Assembly (NCBI GenBank): GCA_002633005.1
Contig: NMRA01000285.1
Span: 295,505-359,504 of the forward strand
Direction of reading: 5' to 3'
Source: Phoronis australis
Lineage: Eukaryota; Animalia; Phoronida
Length of the DNA: 64,000 nt
Shown here: positions 1-13,400 of the stretch, in pieces
Numbering within the stretch: the first letter of the stretch is position 1
How the letters are laid out: each line of letters starts with the position of its first letter
The notes under the pieces: model-generated
Databases searched by the model: none
Told to the model about the DNA's origin: nothing
The model's input: the letters and a program-made list of their open reading frames with translations, nothing else
Position numbers and translations under genes: made by a program

Positions 1-1890
1 CAGTTCATAATTCCATCAATTACTGTTGGCCAAAGACAAAGTCCTATTCAGATTGGCTCACAAATTTTACACCACTCTAACGGTGGCTGAAAAATCACAT
101 TGACATACATACTGTACAACACTGCTTTGTTTTCGTAGCCCATCTTTGTTATTTTGTTATGTTATGATATATACCTGTTTTATTTCCACACCAGTGGATC
201 AGACCCTGTGTGCTGGCGTACTGTCTGATTACATCTTCCTGTGAAAGTTTGCCCTTGAGCCCTCACAATCTCAGTATGTTCAGGAAGGGCAAACAAACAA
301 CTGGAGAATAAAAAAATTATCACCTTCCCTAATTAATAAAAATGCATTCATTTTTGTCTAGACTTATTCTTTTTGATCTTTATGAATTTTAATCCAGTAA
401 CCTTTATCTTAAGTCAATAAGCACTATTGTCATTTTGGAGTGTGAGTTCATTTTTGGGACATCCCCATGTGCCTGGTGTCAACCTTTCTTGTCAAAATCC
501 ATTCTTAGTGCTCTGGAAACAAAACTTTGCAAGAGTTTAGGTGACCTGTGTAAGGATTTGAGGATAGTTTTGCGATGTTGACTTTATTTTTCAGGATAGC
601 GGGAATGAATCTGATGATTTCATATGAACGTTGGATTAGTGAAAGACATTGTGAGTCAGTCAAGAACATTGAGGATTTAAAGAAAGGCAATTTGGATTAA
701 TGAGTGGCATTGTGTATTAGGGAATGATGCTGTGGATTGTTATACAAAATTGGATCAATACCATGGATGACATTGCTCTTCCTCGGTCCATCGGTTTTGT
801 TATATTACCAATGATGCTTTTTTCCTCCGATTTCTTTGTCTTTATTTGAACAGTGACCTCTGTTGTCTGGGTAACTTAATTGATGAAAAGTGGTGTGGTG
901 TTACTTGGCTATCTGGTCTACAGCACCTCATAACTTATGTTATGTTGAAGCAATCCAAGGACAGAAGTATCACTGGTCATGTAATAAATGTGTCAGCACA
1001 TTGTTCATCTATTTCATATCATGTCTACTGTGGGGCGCTTCTTAACATGCCCAATTTAATGCCACTGCGCCCATTCAAAATAACAGGAATACTGGTGCTC
1101 AACAAGGCCAGATCATAATTGTTTTTACCATTATTTTGGGATGTGTTTGCATTTCCATGACGACTATTGTTTCATTTTGATTTCGCATCTGTCTGATGAA
1201 AATTACCAGGTTTCTGGTATAATTATTGTGCTATGCCTTTGGGGAAGAGTTCTTAGAAGATATTCCTTGACTTAATCATGATTATTTCAGAAAAAGCAAG
1301 CAAGTTAAAGTACCTTGAATTACAAGGTCACTTTGTCTAACAGTGACAATATTTTCTCAGACATCAAGTTTTAAAATAAATATTGCTACCAATATGAAGT
1401 CTCTTTATATGACTCAATTGACCTGTTCATGTCAGTTTCTGCGATTTTTTTTACAGAATCAATCCTTCTTGAAATTTTCTAAACAAGATGTTTCTGTGGT
1501 TAAACTAAGGTAATAATTATGCAGTTTTGACATTCATGCAATAACTTTTCAAGATTATGCAACAGAATCTACAAAATGGGTGCTTGCATGGCTCGAAAGA
1601 TGTTTTGTCTTGTTCTTTTTATAATCAGCCAGCCTTGTAACGAGGTCACGGTCTTGAAAGCGATTTTGGATGGAGATTACACTGTGAAAAATGCTAATAT
1701 TTTTATGTGTTCTTATCCCTTTTTATCCAAAAGTTGAAATGTTAAAATCTGAATCTCAGGCTGTCCTAAACATGAATCAGTGGAATTTCGAATCCATAAA
1801 CACAGTGTCAAATGGCATGTTGTCTCACTTTCAATTGCACAAAATGATAAATTTTATTTAAACCTATTCCATTAAACGATACAACAGTTG
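1..1890 (+). other. Probable 3' end (UTR or last intron) of an upstream plus-strand gene
   Basis: T-rich and CpG-poor like the ERMP1 gene body; ATTAAA at 1871-1876 where the composition changes; no coding exon recognised. Confidence 0.35.
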
Positions 1891-3545
1891 CTTTTTCTTG
1901 CTATAGACACTAAACGAATATGTAAAGCTTAAACCTGCGTAGATCGGTCTGGGTAGAAATCTTTTCAGACTCGTGTACATTATGTCCTGATGTTGCCAAC
2001 AGGTGGCATGCAGACCAGACTTGAAGACTTTGAAATAGACATTAAACATATTGTTTAATTAAGTCTTGACATATTCTAAGTGTGTTATTCGATATATAGA
2101 TCTTAGAACACCTGGTAAACACGTTTAGAACCCGTATGTACATGTAGTGTCTGGCAACTTCTGCACGACAAAACTTCATTAGAAAATGGGCATATTGGGC
2201 GATTATCGGAAGCGCCACCAGGGCGTTGGCGTCAAAAGTCAAAAATCGCAACTGATCAAATGAAAAATTGCCCGATCATGAAGGCGTAGGAATAGAACTC
2301 AATCGGCGAGATCAACCGGGCATCTCCCCACTATATATTGATGTAACCTAGGCATTTGGAAAAGACCGACTTGTTGATGGTATCGGGCACTAGATATAGG
2401 CACTCTGCTAGGGGACTCCAAGGTCACGGAAAGCCCTTTTAAATCCGTATGTTTTTGCGACAAGGTCAAACTGTTGTAGATTAATACCTCGGGTATATCT
2501 GGTTCTATGAAACTTTCCCTCGAGATCCGATACATGACCTGACGTCGCTCTCAGGACGTGTCCATGAACTCTAGCAATTCAAATTTTCGTGCTCAGTCGG
2601 TGCTAACTGGTGCATAGCTACGTTTTTTGATTGATACGAATAATTCGAGCACTACCAAGTTATTAATTGTGAACGGAATTTGTGAGGTTCGCCTCTGCCG
2701 TCTAGGATTTTCGCTGTAGTTTACATTTCATTTTTGTCAGCGGTTCCCCGTTTTTTAAACAATTTTACAGCTTGTATAGTGCGCACGCATTTGAAAATAG
2801 ACACTTTACCCTACAGTTTTTCTAGATGTCTGTTTTCTAGAGGGACTCTCAAGGATAATTTCAGTTATTGCTCGTTTTCCCGTCATATTAAGGGCCCCTC
2901 TCTTGCAGTCGCCCTGCGCTGGAATTGACTCTTCACTTTTACAGTGATCATAATTATAATCCTTACAGACAACTTTGCCCTCTTCTTGGAGGGGACCTAC
3001 TTCTGTATGGGAGCGGGACAATGAATCCTACCTCTTCTAAACCCGGCACTGAAACTCTCAATTATAATTTCGGACAACTAATGGGAATATCTCACAGCGC
3101 TGCGACAGCTCTCGACTAGTTGACGACTGTGTGAAAATACGAGAGTAGCCACAGCTTTCTCTTCAATCGAACACTCTTCTTCTACGGCGTAGTTCTATGC
3201 AACAAACTACGTACTGTAGAAGAGTCGCACAGTCTCGCTCTCGTGCCGTGCGCTTGCGATTTTCGGACAGGTCAGTAAAATTCTGACGATCGTTTTCTTC
3301 TCACAATAATCGCAGCGCCGAGTAAGGTGTCTTGAACCCGACTCGAAGAGTCACAAATTTGTGAGGGATCGACAACCTGGTTTAAACATGCTTGAATCAA
3401 GCGTTCCGACAATTTGTTTTCTTTCCAGTATAAGAGCTTGCGTTAACGCACAAGGCCCGTTTCCGTTAGTGATTTATAGGCAATTGCATAAATCACATTG
3501 CGAAATGCGTTCAAATTGTTTTAACAATAAAATAAAGGGGGTGTT

Positions 3546-3694
3546 CAGTGGCGGATTTAGAGGGGGGCCATGCCCCCCCATAAAACTCTCCCAGATTCCA
3601 TTTGGCAATTGGGGGGTGCGAATGTCTGACGAGCAAAATCCTGGCTAATACTATGCCCTGGCCCCCCTAACTAAAAATCCTGGATCCGCCCCTG
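3546..3694 (+). mobile_element. MITE with CAGTGGCGGAT...ATCCGCCCCTG terminal inverted repeats, 5-bp TSD GTGTT
   Basis: TIRs and flanking gtgtt/gtgtt seen; inverted partial copy at about 9825-9935. Confidence 0.85.
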
Positions 3695-6600
3695 GTGTTT
3701 CCATCGTAAATAAAACAACAAAAATGGTTCACTGAAATTTTCGGATATAATAACGTCCTTCGTCAACAGAAACAGAAATAAAGTAAACTATATGACAATT
3801 GACATCTGATAAATGGCGTATTACTAATGAACATGATATATTATTGCGGAAAAAGTAAAGGATATAATTTAAGAAGTCTTTATGTTACACTCTTGAACCT
3901 AATGAATTATTTACGTATATTTATTCTACTTTTCGACACCTAAGTCACGTGAATCCTTTAGAGGATCTGGATCGCCTTTTAGTTTCGGATTTATTTTTTA
4001 CGTTATTTTTCTGTAACAAGCAAAGGCGTAAGCTAATGTACCTTTATTTGAAACATGTACCTTTATTTGAAACGGATTGTCTAGCGATAGCAAAACGGAG
4101 GGGGGGGGGCGATTCCGCTTTCATGACGTCATGATCAGGGACGAGGTTTCCCATTCTAAACAATCAAGAATCACGCTACAGTGGCAATAAACGTGTCAGG
4201 TGTCAAAATGACAATTCCTGTCCTCAGCCTTTGGCTAAGGACAAGTGTTTTCCCCAAAAAATAACACGTCAACTAACTGTAGTAATGAGCGTTCTCGCGT
4301 CATTCTCGCGCAACAAGTGTTGTCTGACCCTGGATTGAATGTTCGACTGCTACAAGGCTCAACGTTCTGGATTCACAAGGTTAGGTTGTGGACCCGTGAT
4401 TCTTTTTCTTTTGAGTTATGTTTTAAAAAGCGCGCTAAATGACAGTCCTTCGAAAACCCACCATTTTATACGGATAAACGGAAACAAGAAAACGCTTTCG
4501 TTGTGGCAATGAGATATGCATCATGTATCGCCCATAATACTTTACGCACTATGGAAAGTCAGGCACATGCTTACGTTTATTTATGGACGTACGTTGACCT
4601 TCACACGACAACAATGAGAATTAACTAAAGTTGCACTTCGCCGTGTTAAGCTGGCTAAAAAAGTGAATTAGGCCTTTCATTTTGGTAAAATTGATCTCGT
4701 AATACCCCTAGGCTTACAGTGATAGGATTTTATTTTCGTTGCCAACAAGAACATCGAAACCATCAGTGTGTCAAGCAAATGTCTCATGTTTTATTGGGGT
4801 TGATTAAGCGGAAAACTGCAAATTGGACACTGGCGCATATCCGCATTGATTATGACGTGAGATGATAACGGAATTAAAATCTCATCCGGGTAATAAATAT
4901 CACGAGACCGATCTTCATGAGAGCGAAAAGGAGAAATTCTATTTACGTTGTTAGGCTGGCTTAACCTGACGAAATACAACTTGAGCAGATGGCGTGCTTT
5001 GGTTTTTTTTTTCTTAATTTTCTAACCCCTTCATCAAACGTTCACTAATTATGTTCAAGTGGACATGAAGCAGATCACAGTAAATCCAGTTTTTGCTCTT
5101 CATAGCCATCCTCTGAAGATTCCTTTCGTTTCTTTTTTGCATGAAAGTGCCTTTAAAATTGCGCCATCGTTAAAAAATAATAGCTAAATTATAATTTTAT
5201 TAAAATGATATAGATAATGCCTTCCTGATAATAGTAATAATAATGATAACAATTGTGGCGTTCATTAGCGTTGTGGTGGTTTTTGAGAATAGCAACAAGT
5301 TTTTAGCTGAAACCACTCAATGCGGGAGTAGTTTAGTTCATTTTGGCATGCTGGAACTTTTTATACTTGTGCCCACATATAATTAGGCAATAGCTGTTCA
5401 TTATGACGTACTTAGATAGACACAGATGCCGGCACACTATAGATTACAGATTGGTCAACTATTCCGTTATATTGGCGTGACTTGTCATCCACAGGTTAGT
5501 GCCACCTATTTCACGACTTGCTACGTACTGTGAATTGGATCAAACATGATCTTGGTCTCGCTTGAAAGCATAAACCTTGTACCTTTTGAAAAATTCCTTG
5601 CTGAGGCATAGTGACTTGTAGAAACAACGCAGTTACGCTCTCACGTTCAGCAAGAAATGTTTAATTTAAAAATTTGCGGATTTTAATCGCTTTGATATTT
5701 CCAGCACATTGATATTCTTGTAATCTCTTAACGCATCGTTTTTTGTCGTTTGGAATGTTTTGGGGTCTTAACTGTGCCATTTTTTCGCAGGTTTTCCAGG
5801 TTTTCTGCGATTTGTTTGGATCAAAATATGATAAAAATTATGAACGACCTTTACGCACATTCGCGTCAAATTGTGCGATTTTTTTCACATGAGGGTTCGA
5901 GAAGGAATTGACACACCTGTGACGATTAAAATGTCTGCAGCAATGGTTGTCATGGCTATTAAAAGTTCGAGGTCCCAAAGTTCAAACGTTAGTTGTGTTA
6001 ATCGTGTACATTAATTCCATGATGGAAGTAGGTTACTAACAAACACATGGGACTTTTTATCGAGCACGTCAGTCCTCAGTGTGAGCATTTCTGTTAGAAT
6101 AAGGGGAGGGGGGGGGCTAGCCCACTGTTTTTTTTCCGTGAAGATGATAAGACAACCCTGTGTGTAAGGTAAGTCGTCCTAGCCACCAACAGATGATATA
6201 TAGCGACAGAGTACAGAGTCTAAATTTCGATCGGAATCAAACGACAATCATATAATAGACTCGCCCGTCACGTTGTTTTTCACCGAGGACTTTGCTTCTC
6301 GTTCGCAAAAGGTGAGCAAACAGTCAAGCAATGTATTTTTTTCATTCTCATGTCTGCGACAGTAATGCATTAGTCATTAATCGGAAGGCTTGTTGTAGCC
6401 GCTTGGGGGAGACACCATCTCTAGCGGCTAATTCAGACGATAATGAATATTACAGAATAATCAATACTTTTATTTGGTGACGCGGACACATCATAAATAT
6501 GTGGAGGGCACGGCTAGTTGTAATCAGTCTTGCAATATATCTTCAGTAACGAGGCTGGCTTGCACAGGTAGGTTATGCGACTCGATACTTTTTTTCTAAC

Positions 6601-8205
6601 CCCAACTTCTCCCTTGCTTCCGTAGCATTGTTGAAGGTCTTGGGAGCGAACGCATTTGTCATTACGTTTGTCCTGAAGGCAAGCGCTGATGCATTTGGTG
6701 ACTTGCTTTATGCACTGTCGGATTTAGGATATCATGAGGGGGAGACCCCAATTTTCAGATGACAAATCTCCGTGACAGGCTTAATAAAAAAGCACACGGG
6801 CGCGATTTTTGTCATTCCAAATCGGCCCAGCTTGGCCTTTATTGTGAGTAAATTTCGACTTTTTGGGTCGCCTGTCTTTGACACAAATCAAAGACAAGCG
6901 TAATAGCGATATGACTTTAGCTATGCCACTAATTGCGGTATGCACATGTACGTTGGTTTGCTCCCTTGTTAGATATGTCAATTAGATAAAACGAAAAATA
7001 ATAGTTCACGTTATTAAATAAGTCTGTTTAATGAGCATACGGAGCCAACGGTTATACACATTGAGATATCCTTGTGCGGGTGGTAATTAAAGACCGTTCT
7101 CTTCGGGTTTACTTACAACTTCTTCTGGCAGTAACGCACGAGCAGCTTTTTTGCGTAACAACGGCTGCAATCTATTCCTAACATGTCGGCTTTCTACAGT
7201 GCACCGGGAACAGGTGTTCCGGATGTTGATATCAGTCACGACTTAACCTCGGTATAGTCCGGCAGCCTTAAAAGACGTCTTTCGTCTCCCAGATAGGATA
7301 TTGGTAAGTCGTGACAATGACTGGCTATGACACCCTTAACATAACGTGTTTCTTTCCCCTCACCTGAAGATTGTTGAAATCGCTCTGCGTATCCTTTTTC
7401 ATGGTGGGGCACGTTCACCCTTCGGTAGAAATATCTTAGACTAACAATTAAATATCTTTTGTCAGATTGGAAATGAAATATTTAGTGCGCATATATTTCT
7501 ATACAGACGGTCGCGGAAGGCGATGCAAATTTTAATTTCACTTGGACATTACTACTCCTTCCCTCAGACGCACTTATAGTACAGGTGAACAGTGCTCAAT
7601 TGCATGAAACAGTCCCAATAAGGAATCAACTACTCACGGTTCCCTAAGCTTCCAACGCAAAACTTTGTGCATACACTGATTGCTCTTTTCACGTTATTTT
7701 ATCGTTATTGCAACGTCACATTTTAGCTTTGATACGCAGAAAGATGTAAAAACGTTGAATTCTTAGTATTCGTGAAAATATACGGGAACATAACCGTGCA
7801 ACGTCCGTAATTCAGTAACGACTATAGCTCTATGTCCATTGAAACATGTGTCCAGTTTTCAGATATATCAATAGAAAGGGAACAAGTAAAAGAGGAAATC
7901 ACAATAAATATAACATCAGTGAGTAAACAAAAGCATCTATGAGTACAAAGTCTAGCTAGGCCTATAAGTGCGCTGAAATTTTCGGAACCATAATTCGGAG
8001 TCCCTGTTAGGATACTGACCTCAGCTGTGCCAGCATTTAAAAGGTGCTGACTTGCTCAAATTCTAAAGTTTCTCCGAAATTCACTAATAAAAACATCAGC
8101 CTATGATTTTGCCGAGAAATTTTCCAATAAGAGAATGACCGCCGAGAAAAACCCGACTGAGTTCCGTATCGCACGTGCGGGTATTCTAGCAATATCATGT
8201 CGGGT

Positions 8206-8346
8206 CCCTGTGGGTGCAGTTCAATAGCTGTCTCGCGGCGAGAAAAATCTAGCCAAAATCACGTGCTCCCTTTACAAATACACGGCGAAATTTCGCTAGA
8301 TCTTGCCTTTCTGGCGAGGTACGTAGCGTTACGAAACTCGACCCTG
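8206..8346. mobile_element. Diverged relative of the 10305/23241 MITE family
   Basis: Shares aaatctagccaaa-tcacgtg...aaatacacgg...tcttgc...gcgaggt...tagcgttac with the 23241 copy. Confidence 0.6.
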
Positions 8347-9824
8347 ATCTAAATAGCAGAGACTAGACAACTCCGATCTATTCTGACTTAATTAAGACTG
8401 GTCATAGAGTTGGCATCTACTAAGTTAGTAACGAAGAACGGCCCTGCCATCAAGAGCGAATTGGGTCTTCTCCTCTTGGCAATAAAACTCTTTTACTTTT
8501 GATCTCCATGTCCATGTCCATTGGGTAACCAACACACTTATAATCTCACTGCCCGCTTACGCTGCACTGATACGGTTTTAGTTCGTAGGAATTGCGTAAC
8601 ACTGTTGAGACACCTATCATGCAAGTCAAATCACGTGAATTTCCAAATATGGACGTCAATACACATTAGCCAGGAACTGTATGGCTTCCACGAAGCCAAC
8701 TGCGTACTGGAGACTGGAGCGAGGCTAATCGTGGTTCTGATACCCTGCCACCTAGCGACGTGATCAAAACAATTATAATTGGTTAGGTTTAAGTGGACAA
8801 ATTGTGATTATATATGTACACGACAATTCTAAATGAGTACGTGTATTTATGGATAATGATGTTTTGACGTACACGAGTTAATTGCATACTGCGCAGTTCC
8901 TGTTCCCGTTAAAGCGAATATACAGAAACCTGCATTCCGTCAATAATTGATTTAGACTATTTACCGATACAAAATCTGGTATTATCTTGTTCCTTACTGG
9001 GGTTAAAGAAGATTCCTAGGCTTCGTAACGACTGACAACTCCTTACTGTTTGAGATCAAGCTAGATAACTTGACTTGTCCCGGCGTGTCATACATTGCGT
9101 CGAGCATTTTCTTGAGCACATCCGAATTGCCAGTTCTTTCATAGTCCGAAGTTATTCCTCACCTAAGCATAGAACTCCATCCCATGCTCACGCATACGCG
9201 CGCAACCTCAGTGGCCGAGAGATCGGAGTTGGCTTTCCAGGGCTAGAGTTCTATGGTCCAAGCAAGGTAGAATTGCAAACAAATTTTATCACGGAAAGTG
9301 GTCTAAATCAACGGTTACTTTTTAACAGCAAAATCCAGACTATAGTCGCTTTAATTGAAATTTGTAGTCAGATTACTGTCACGCGTCTTGAGGATGGTAT
9401 GCAATCTTGGGTTACAGCAATATATTTAATGATAAGCAACCGTTCTGAGTAATTATTCAAGGTCGAGCATCGGCTATTATGACCTACGATTTGTTTTCTT
9501 CAAGGATGTCTTTAATTTTACCCAAGACAGTGATCAATCTTACCTTTACAGACATTTAATATCCCCGAAGAACCGTAAGCTGAATCGATATGAAACCTGA
9601 AACCTGACCGTTAACTTTTTGAGCTGCCTCTAATCCACGTGATACGCCTTAAGGAAATGAAACAGAACCAGCGTGTAAAATAGGTTTGTTTCCAACCTGT
9701 TCATCTATTTCCGTAAAGCTTATTTCGACAAGATATGAAGAACACAGAACTAACAGTGTGATGGGTATTGAAGAGTGGTGTGTTGTGCTGGTCGAAATAG
9801 AATATTTCTCACATAAAATAGCTT

Positions 9825-9935
9825 CTGGGGCGGATCCAGGATTTTGGGTTGGGGGGCAGGGCAGAGTATTAGCCAGGATTCGCACCCCCCAACTGCCACA
9901 TGGAATCTAGGATAATTTTAGGGGGAGCCATGGCN
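9825..9935 (-). mobile_element. Truncated inverted copy of the 3546-3694 MITE
   Basis: ggggcggatccaggatttt...gtattagccaggatt...cgcaccccccaa is the reverse complement of the 3546 element. Confidence 0.8.
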
Positions 9936-10304
9936 CTTTGTACCTGTGTAACTGTTAATCTTGATTTCTTAACCGAAGCACTTTGGGGTTTAAACACTTT
10001 ACTACTCTCATGCGATCTTGAACTATTGGGGAATGAGCCAGTAATCCAAGTTAAAGGCAATACACAATGGCATCATTTTCTAATACGCAATTTTAGATTT
10101 GGCCAACGCCAATTAACTCCAAAGCATTTTTTTCGAATCGCTGATGGCTTCCGGCGTTCTTTTTAACTTGGTAAAGGATATAGAATGCTCTCAAGAACTA
10201 ATTTGATTTTCGTTTTTCAGTCAACTTAACGGGGAAACGCAGCTTTAACGAATTCGCGATTTTTTTCAAACTCTGTTGGAACTTAAGGCGCAAACACAGA
10301 GAAC

Positions 10305-10459
10305 CAGCCTCCCGTTCAGTAACGCTAGGACCTCGCTAAAAGCAAGATTTCGCGAGATTACGTGAGATATTGCCGTGTATTTCAAATGAGAACATGTGAC
10401 TCTGGCTAGATTTTAGCTAGGTCCTAGCGTAGGTCCTAGCGTTACTGAACGCACGCCTG
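10305..10459. mobile_element. About 155-bp hairpin MITE (CGTTCAGTAACGCTAGGACCT inverted repeats), copy 1
   Basis: Inverted termini seen; near-identical copy in opposite orientation at 23241-23396. Confidence 0.85.
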
Positions 10460-13400
10460 GTTGATGTGCAACAATGATGTGTTCAAAAACGTAACGAAAT
10501 TTGACATACTGTTTTTGCAAATAATACGAATTGCATGTACAAATATTTGCACATGTGGGACCCGTCTTATCAAAGGTCTGCTGAAGGTCTTAACTAAGAC
10601 TGCCGTAACTATGAAATTACTAGCACACAGTTCGTTTAACGAGGTTTATGAGGTGGTTGTTAACTGTGAATTCAAACAACGACCAAGATTAGGTCAGTTG
10701 TAGCCTTTTGCTTTTGTAGAAAATAAAATATCGCATTCGCAACCACGTGCTTCCGACCGTTTTAGCTACGACTCGGAGTAAGACCTTGATGTTTGAGGTG
10801 TTTAAGACAACTGGGCAATGCCCATTCCAACTGCCGTATACTATTTTGCATACAACAGTCGGACTGTGTAGACAGATGTCCGATTTGCACACGCGACTTC
10901 GTTTTAGTCGATCTAAAATTTTGAGCAAAATTGGACGTTCTCTATCTCAATCGAAAATCCGCGTTGGCTATGCAACTGTTTAGGTCAAGAAGTTGGAATA
11001 CCTGTCTACGCACCCCGATAAGTCGAATATCAGTAAAAGTTGTTGAGATGTTGTAGACTTTAAGATAAATTATTCAATCTCCAACCCATACCTGCAATAT
11101 CTAACCACGTCAAGAAAATTTGGTAGACATGGATTTTTCTGTTAGAAGCTAAACATTTGTCGAGTCAAAAATGTGACGCATGCGGAGAGTTTAAGACTTT
11201 ACGTTGTATGGGTTTGTTTTTCCTCATTAGCTCAAAAGCGCTTCATCTTTTTAGCCGGTCATAATGTGTAAAGCTACCAAAAAGGAAAATGAAATGTCTC
11301 TCTTACCGGACTTTGTCAAGAACAATAGAAACCATGAAAATTACGAAGCTCTATTGTCTCTGAGTGGACCGTATGGATGTGTTTTCCCTGTTGTTATCAC
11401 GACTGAGAACGAAGTGACCAAATGACCGTTTTGCCTAATAAAGGCAAAATGGTTGTCATAGCAACATTTTCAAACATGTAAGAGATAGTGCGTGCATGTA
11501 TGCATACACTAATCATGGTATTTGCCGCTTCGTGATCAAGTTACTTTCTGTAACATGAAGAACAGTTTGGACAAGCAGTAAGCTTTTGCAATTACAGAAA
11601 TAGTAGGTAATCAGCCATGCATGCGAACTTTCGCAAACTTGTTTAATTTGCGCTTTTTGAATGCTTACAAATTTAAAGATACCGATCCCTCAGAAAGCAT
11701 AGACCTAGTTTTTGCGTGCTTTCAAGGAATTTCTTGCTAACCTGTCAGTGAAACAGAGACATAGCGCTTCTTGTATAGTTATCAGGATTTTCCACCTGAA
11801 CGCCAACTTTCACCACTCAATTCAGCCAACATGCGCAGCAACATGCGAATAATTAGACAAGACTTTGTCTAACTAGTCCTTGTCAACGGCAGACAACATT
11901 TCATTTCGCGTTTAAAGCAGTATTAATTCAATGCTTTCTGTTAAAAAAATTTTGATTTAGGCTTCTTATCGTGATAAGATTGGTCTTCGTTTTGTTTCTT
12001 TCTTAGTTTAGAAATGATCTCTGGACTTGGGAAGAGCTGAAGGTTATTTTTTTGGAACAAACTCATTAAAATTTCACGCCGTGACCTGAAATTTTATGAG
12101 AAATAACTGTCAGTTCTTTCCGCAAAGACGCAATAAACTCACCTGTAATTTGACTAACTAGCAATTTGAGACCAAATCCATAATTTTAAGTAGACTGAAA
12201 TCAAAACATTTTTCACATAAAGCTCGCGTTAAATGTCGCTTTTACAAAAAAAGAAACACTGACTTTTTCTCTGTCTAGAGTTTTACCTTATTGTGAACTG
12301 GCATGGCATTTGCGGAGGTTGTTTATCTGTAAACCCTGTCTCCATACAAACATCGATCATCGTACGAAGTTGCCTACGATATTTGTGTAAACTGTAGTCC
12401 TATGGACAGTTCCGACATGTCATCCAAGCTAATAATTCCAGCTTTTCAAATGTTGGGAACATTTGAAAACAGCTATAGTCTGCCATGTATGACCCAAAAC
12501 ATTGAAGGTTTTACTAGGAGCATGCAGAGATCAACGGTATGCGGAGAACGAGCGAGGAAAAGTGCTTGTAGCTGATAAAAGCGTCATGTTGTGCACTTCA
12601 TTATAAAATAAATGTACGCCTGGGTACACCTGGCTATCTTCAAGTATTTATGAACAAACAAGCAAGTGAAAAGGTCACCTTCATTTCGTTTCACAATACT
12701 ATTCACTTCATTATCTTCAATAGATTTAACAATTGAACGATGAATATAAAATGGCGGCGTAGCCTCGTAAACAACTCAAGAAACTAACACTAGACCACCA
12801 GTGACGGTTGGATGATACAGTCAACTAAGTTCCCTAAATCTAGTACCTTTATAATGCACTTGTGGAAACATTGGTTCTCCTTTCTTATGATGTTCTGGTT
12901 TCATTGCTAAGTCAATTTTTTGGGTTTGATACAAGGCGAGAATGAACTCTACGTTGAATTCTCAATATCATTGAACATGGGGATCTTTTCATGTAAGCCT
13001 CTAATGCAAGGACTGAGACCCTTTTTATTTTTATTTTCATTGACCTAGGGTTTCGGATTTTAGTTATATTAATATTAGAAAATGTAATTAGTCACAGAGG
13101 AGATCTTAATAAAGATAAAATGATAGAAAAAAGGTTACATCTGAGTAAAGAACGACGCAAGTACGCAAAATATTTAGGGAACTTAGCAGAGTAGGCCTGT
13201 TGTTTGGACTGTTTCATGGAAGCGGGAACAGTAGACTACAAAAAAATTTCAAATGCAGTCACGTCAAAGTAGTTTTCCCGCAATTACTGGCGGTATGAAA
13301 TAGTTCACCGGAGCGAAACAACTATTGCAGTATGAATGAAGCTTGGTGTGTCAATGGGACTGGCATAATCTATGAATGGGCTCTAAGGCTTGTTATTTTA

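Noticed and set aside
9075-9452. 125-aa ORF and the many other 60-126-aa intergenic ORFs
   Set aside because: Non-ATG starts, no recognisable motifs and no consistent splice context.
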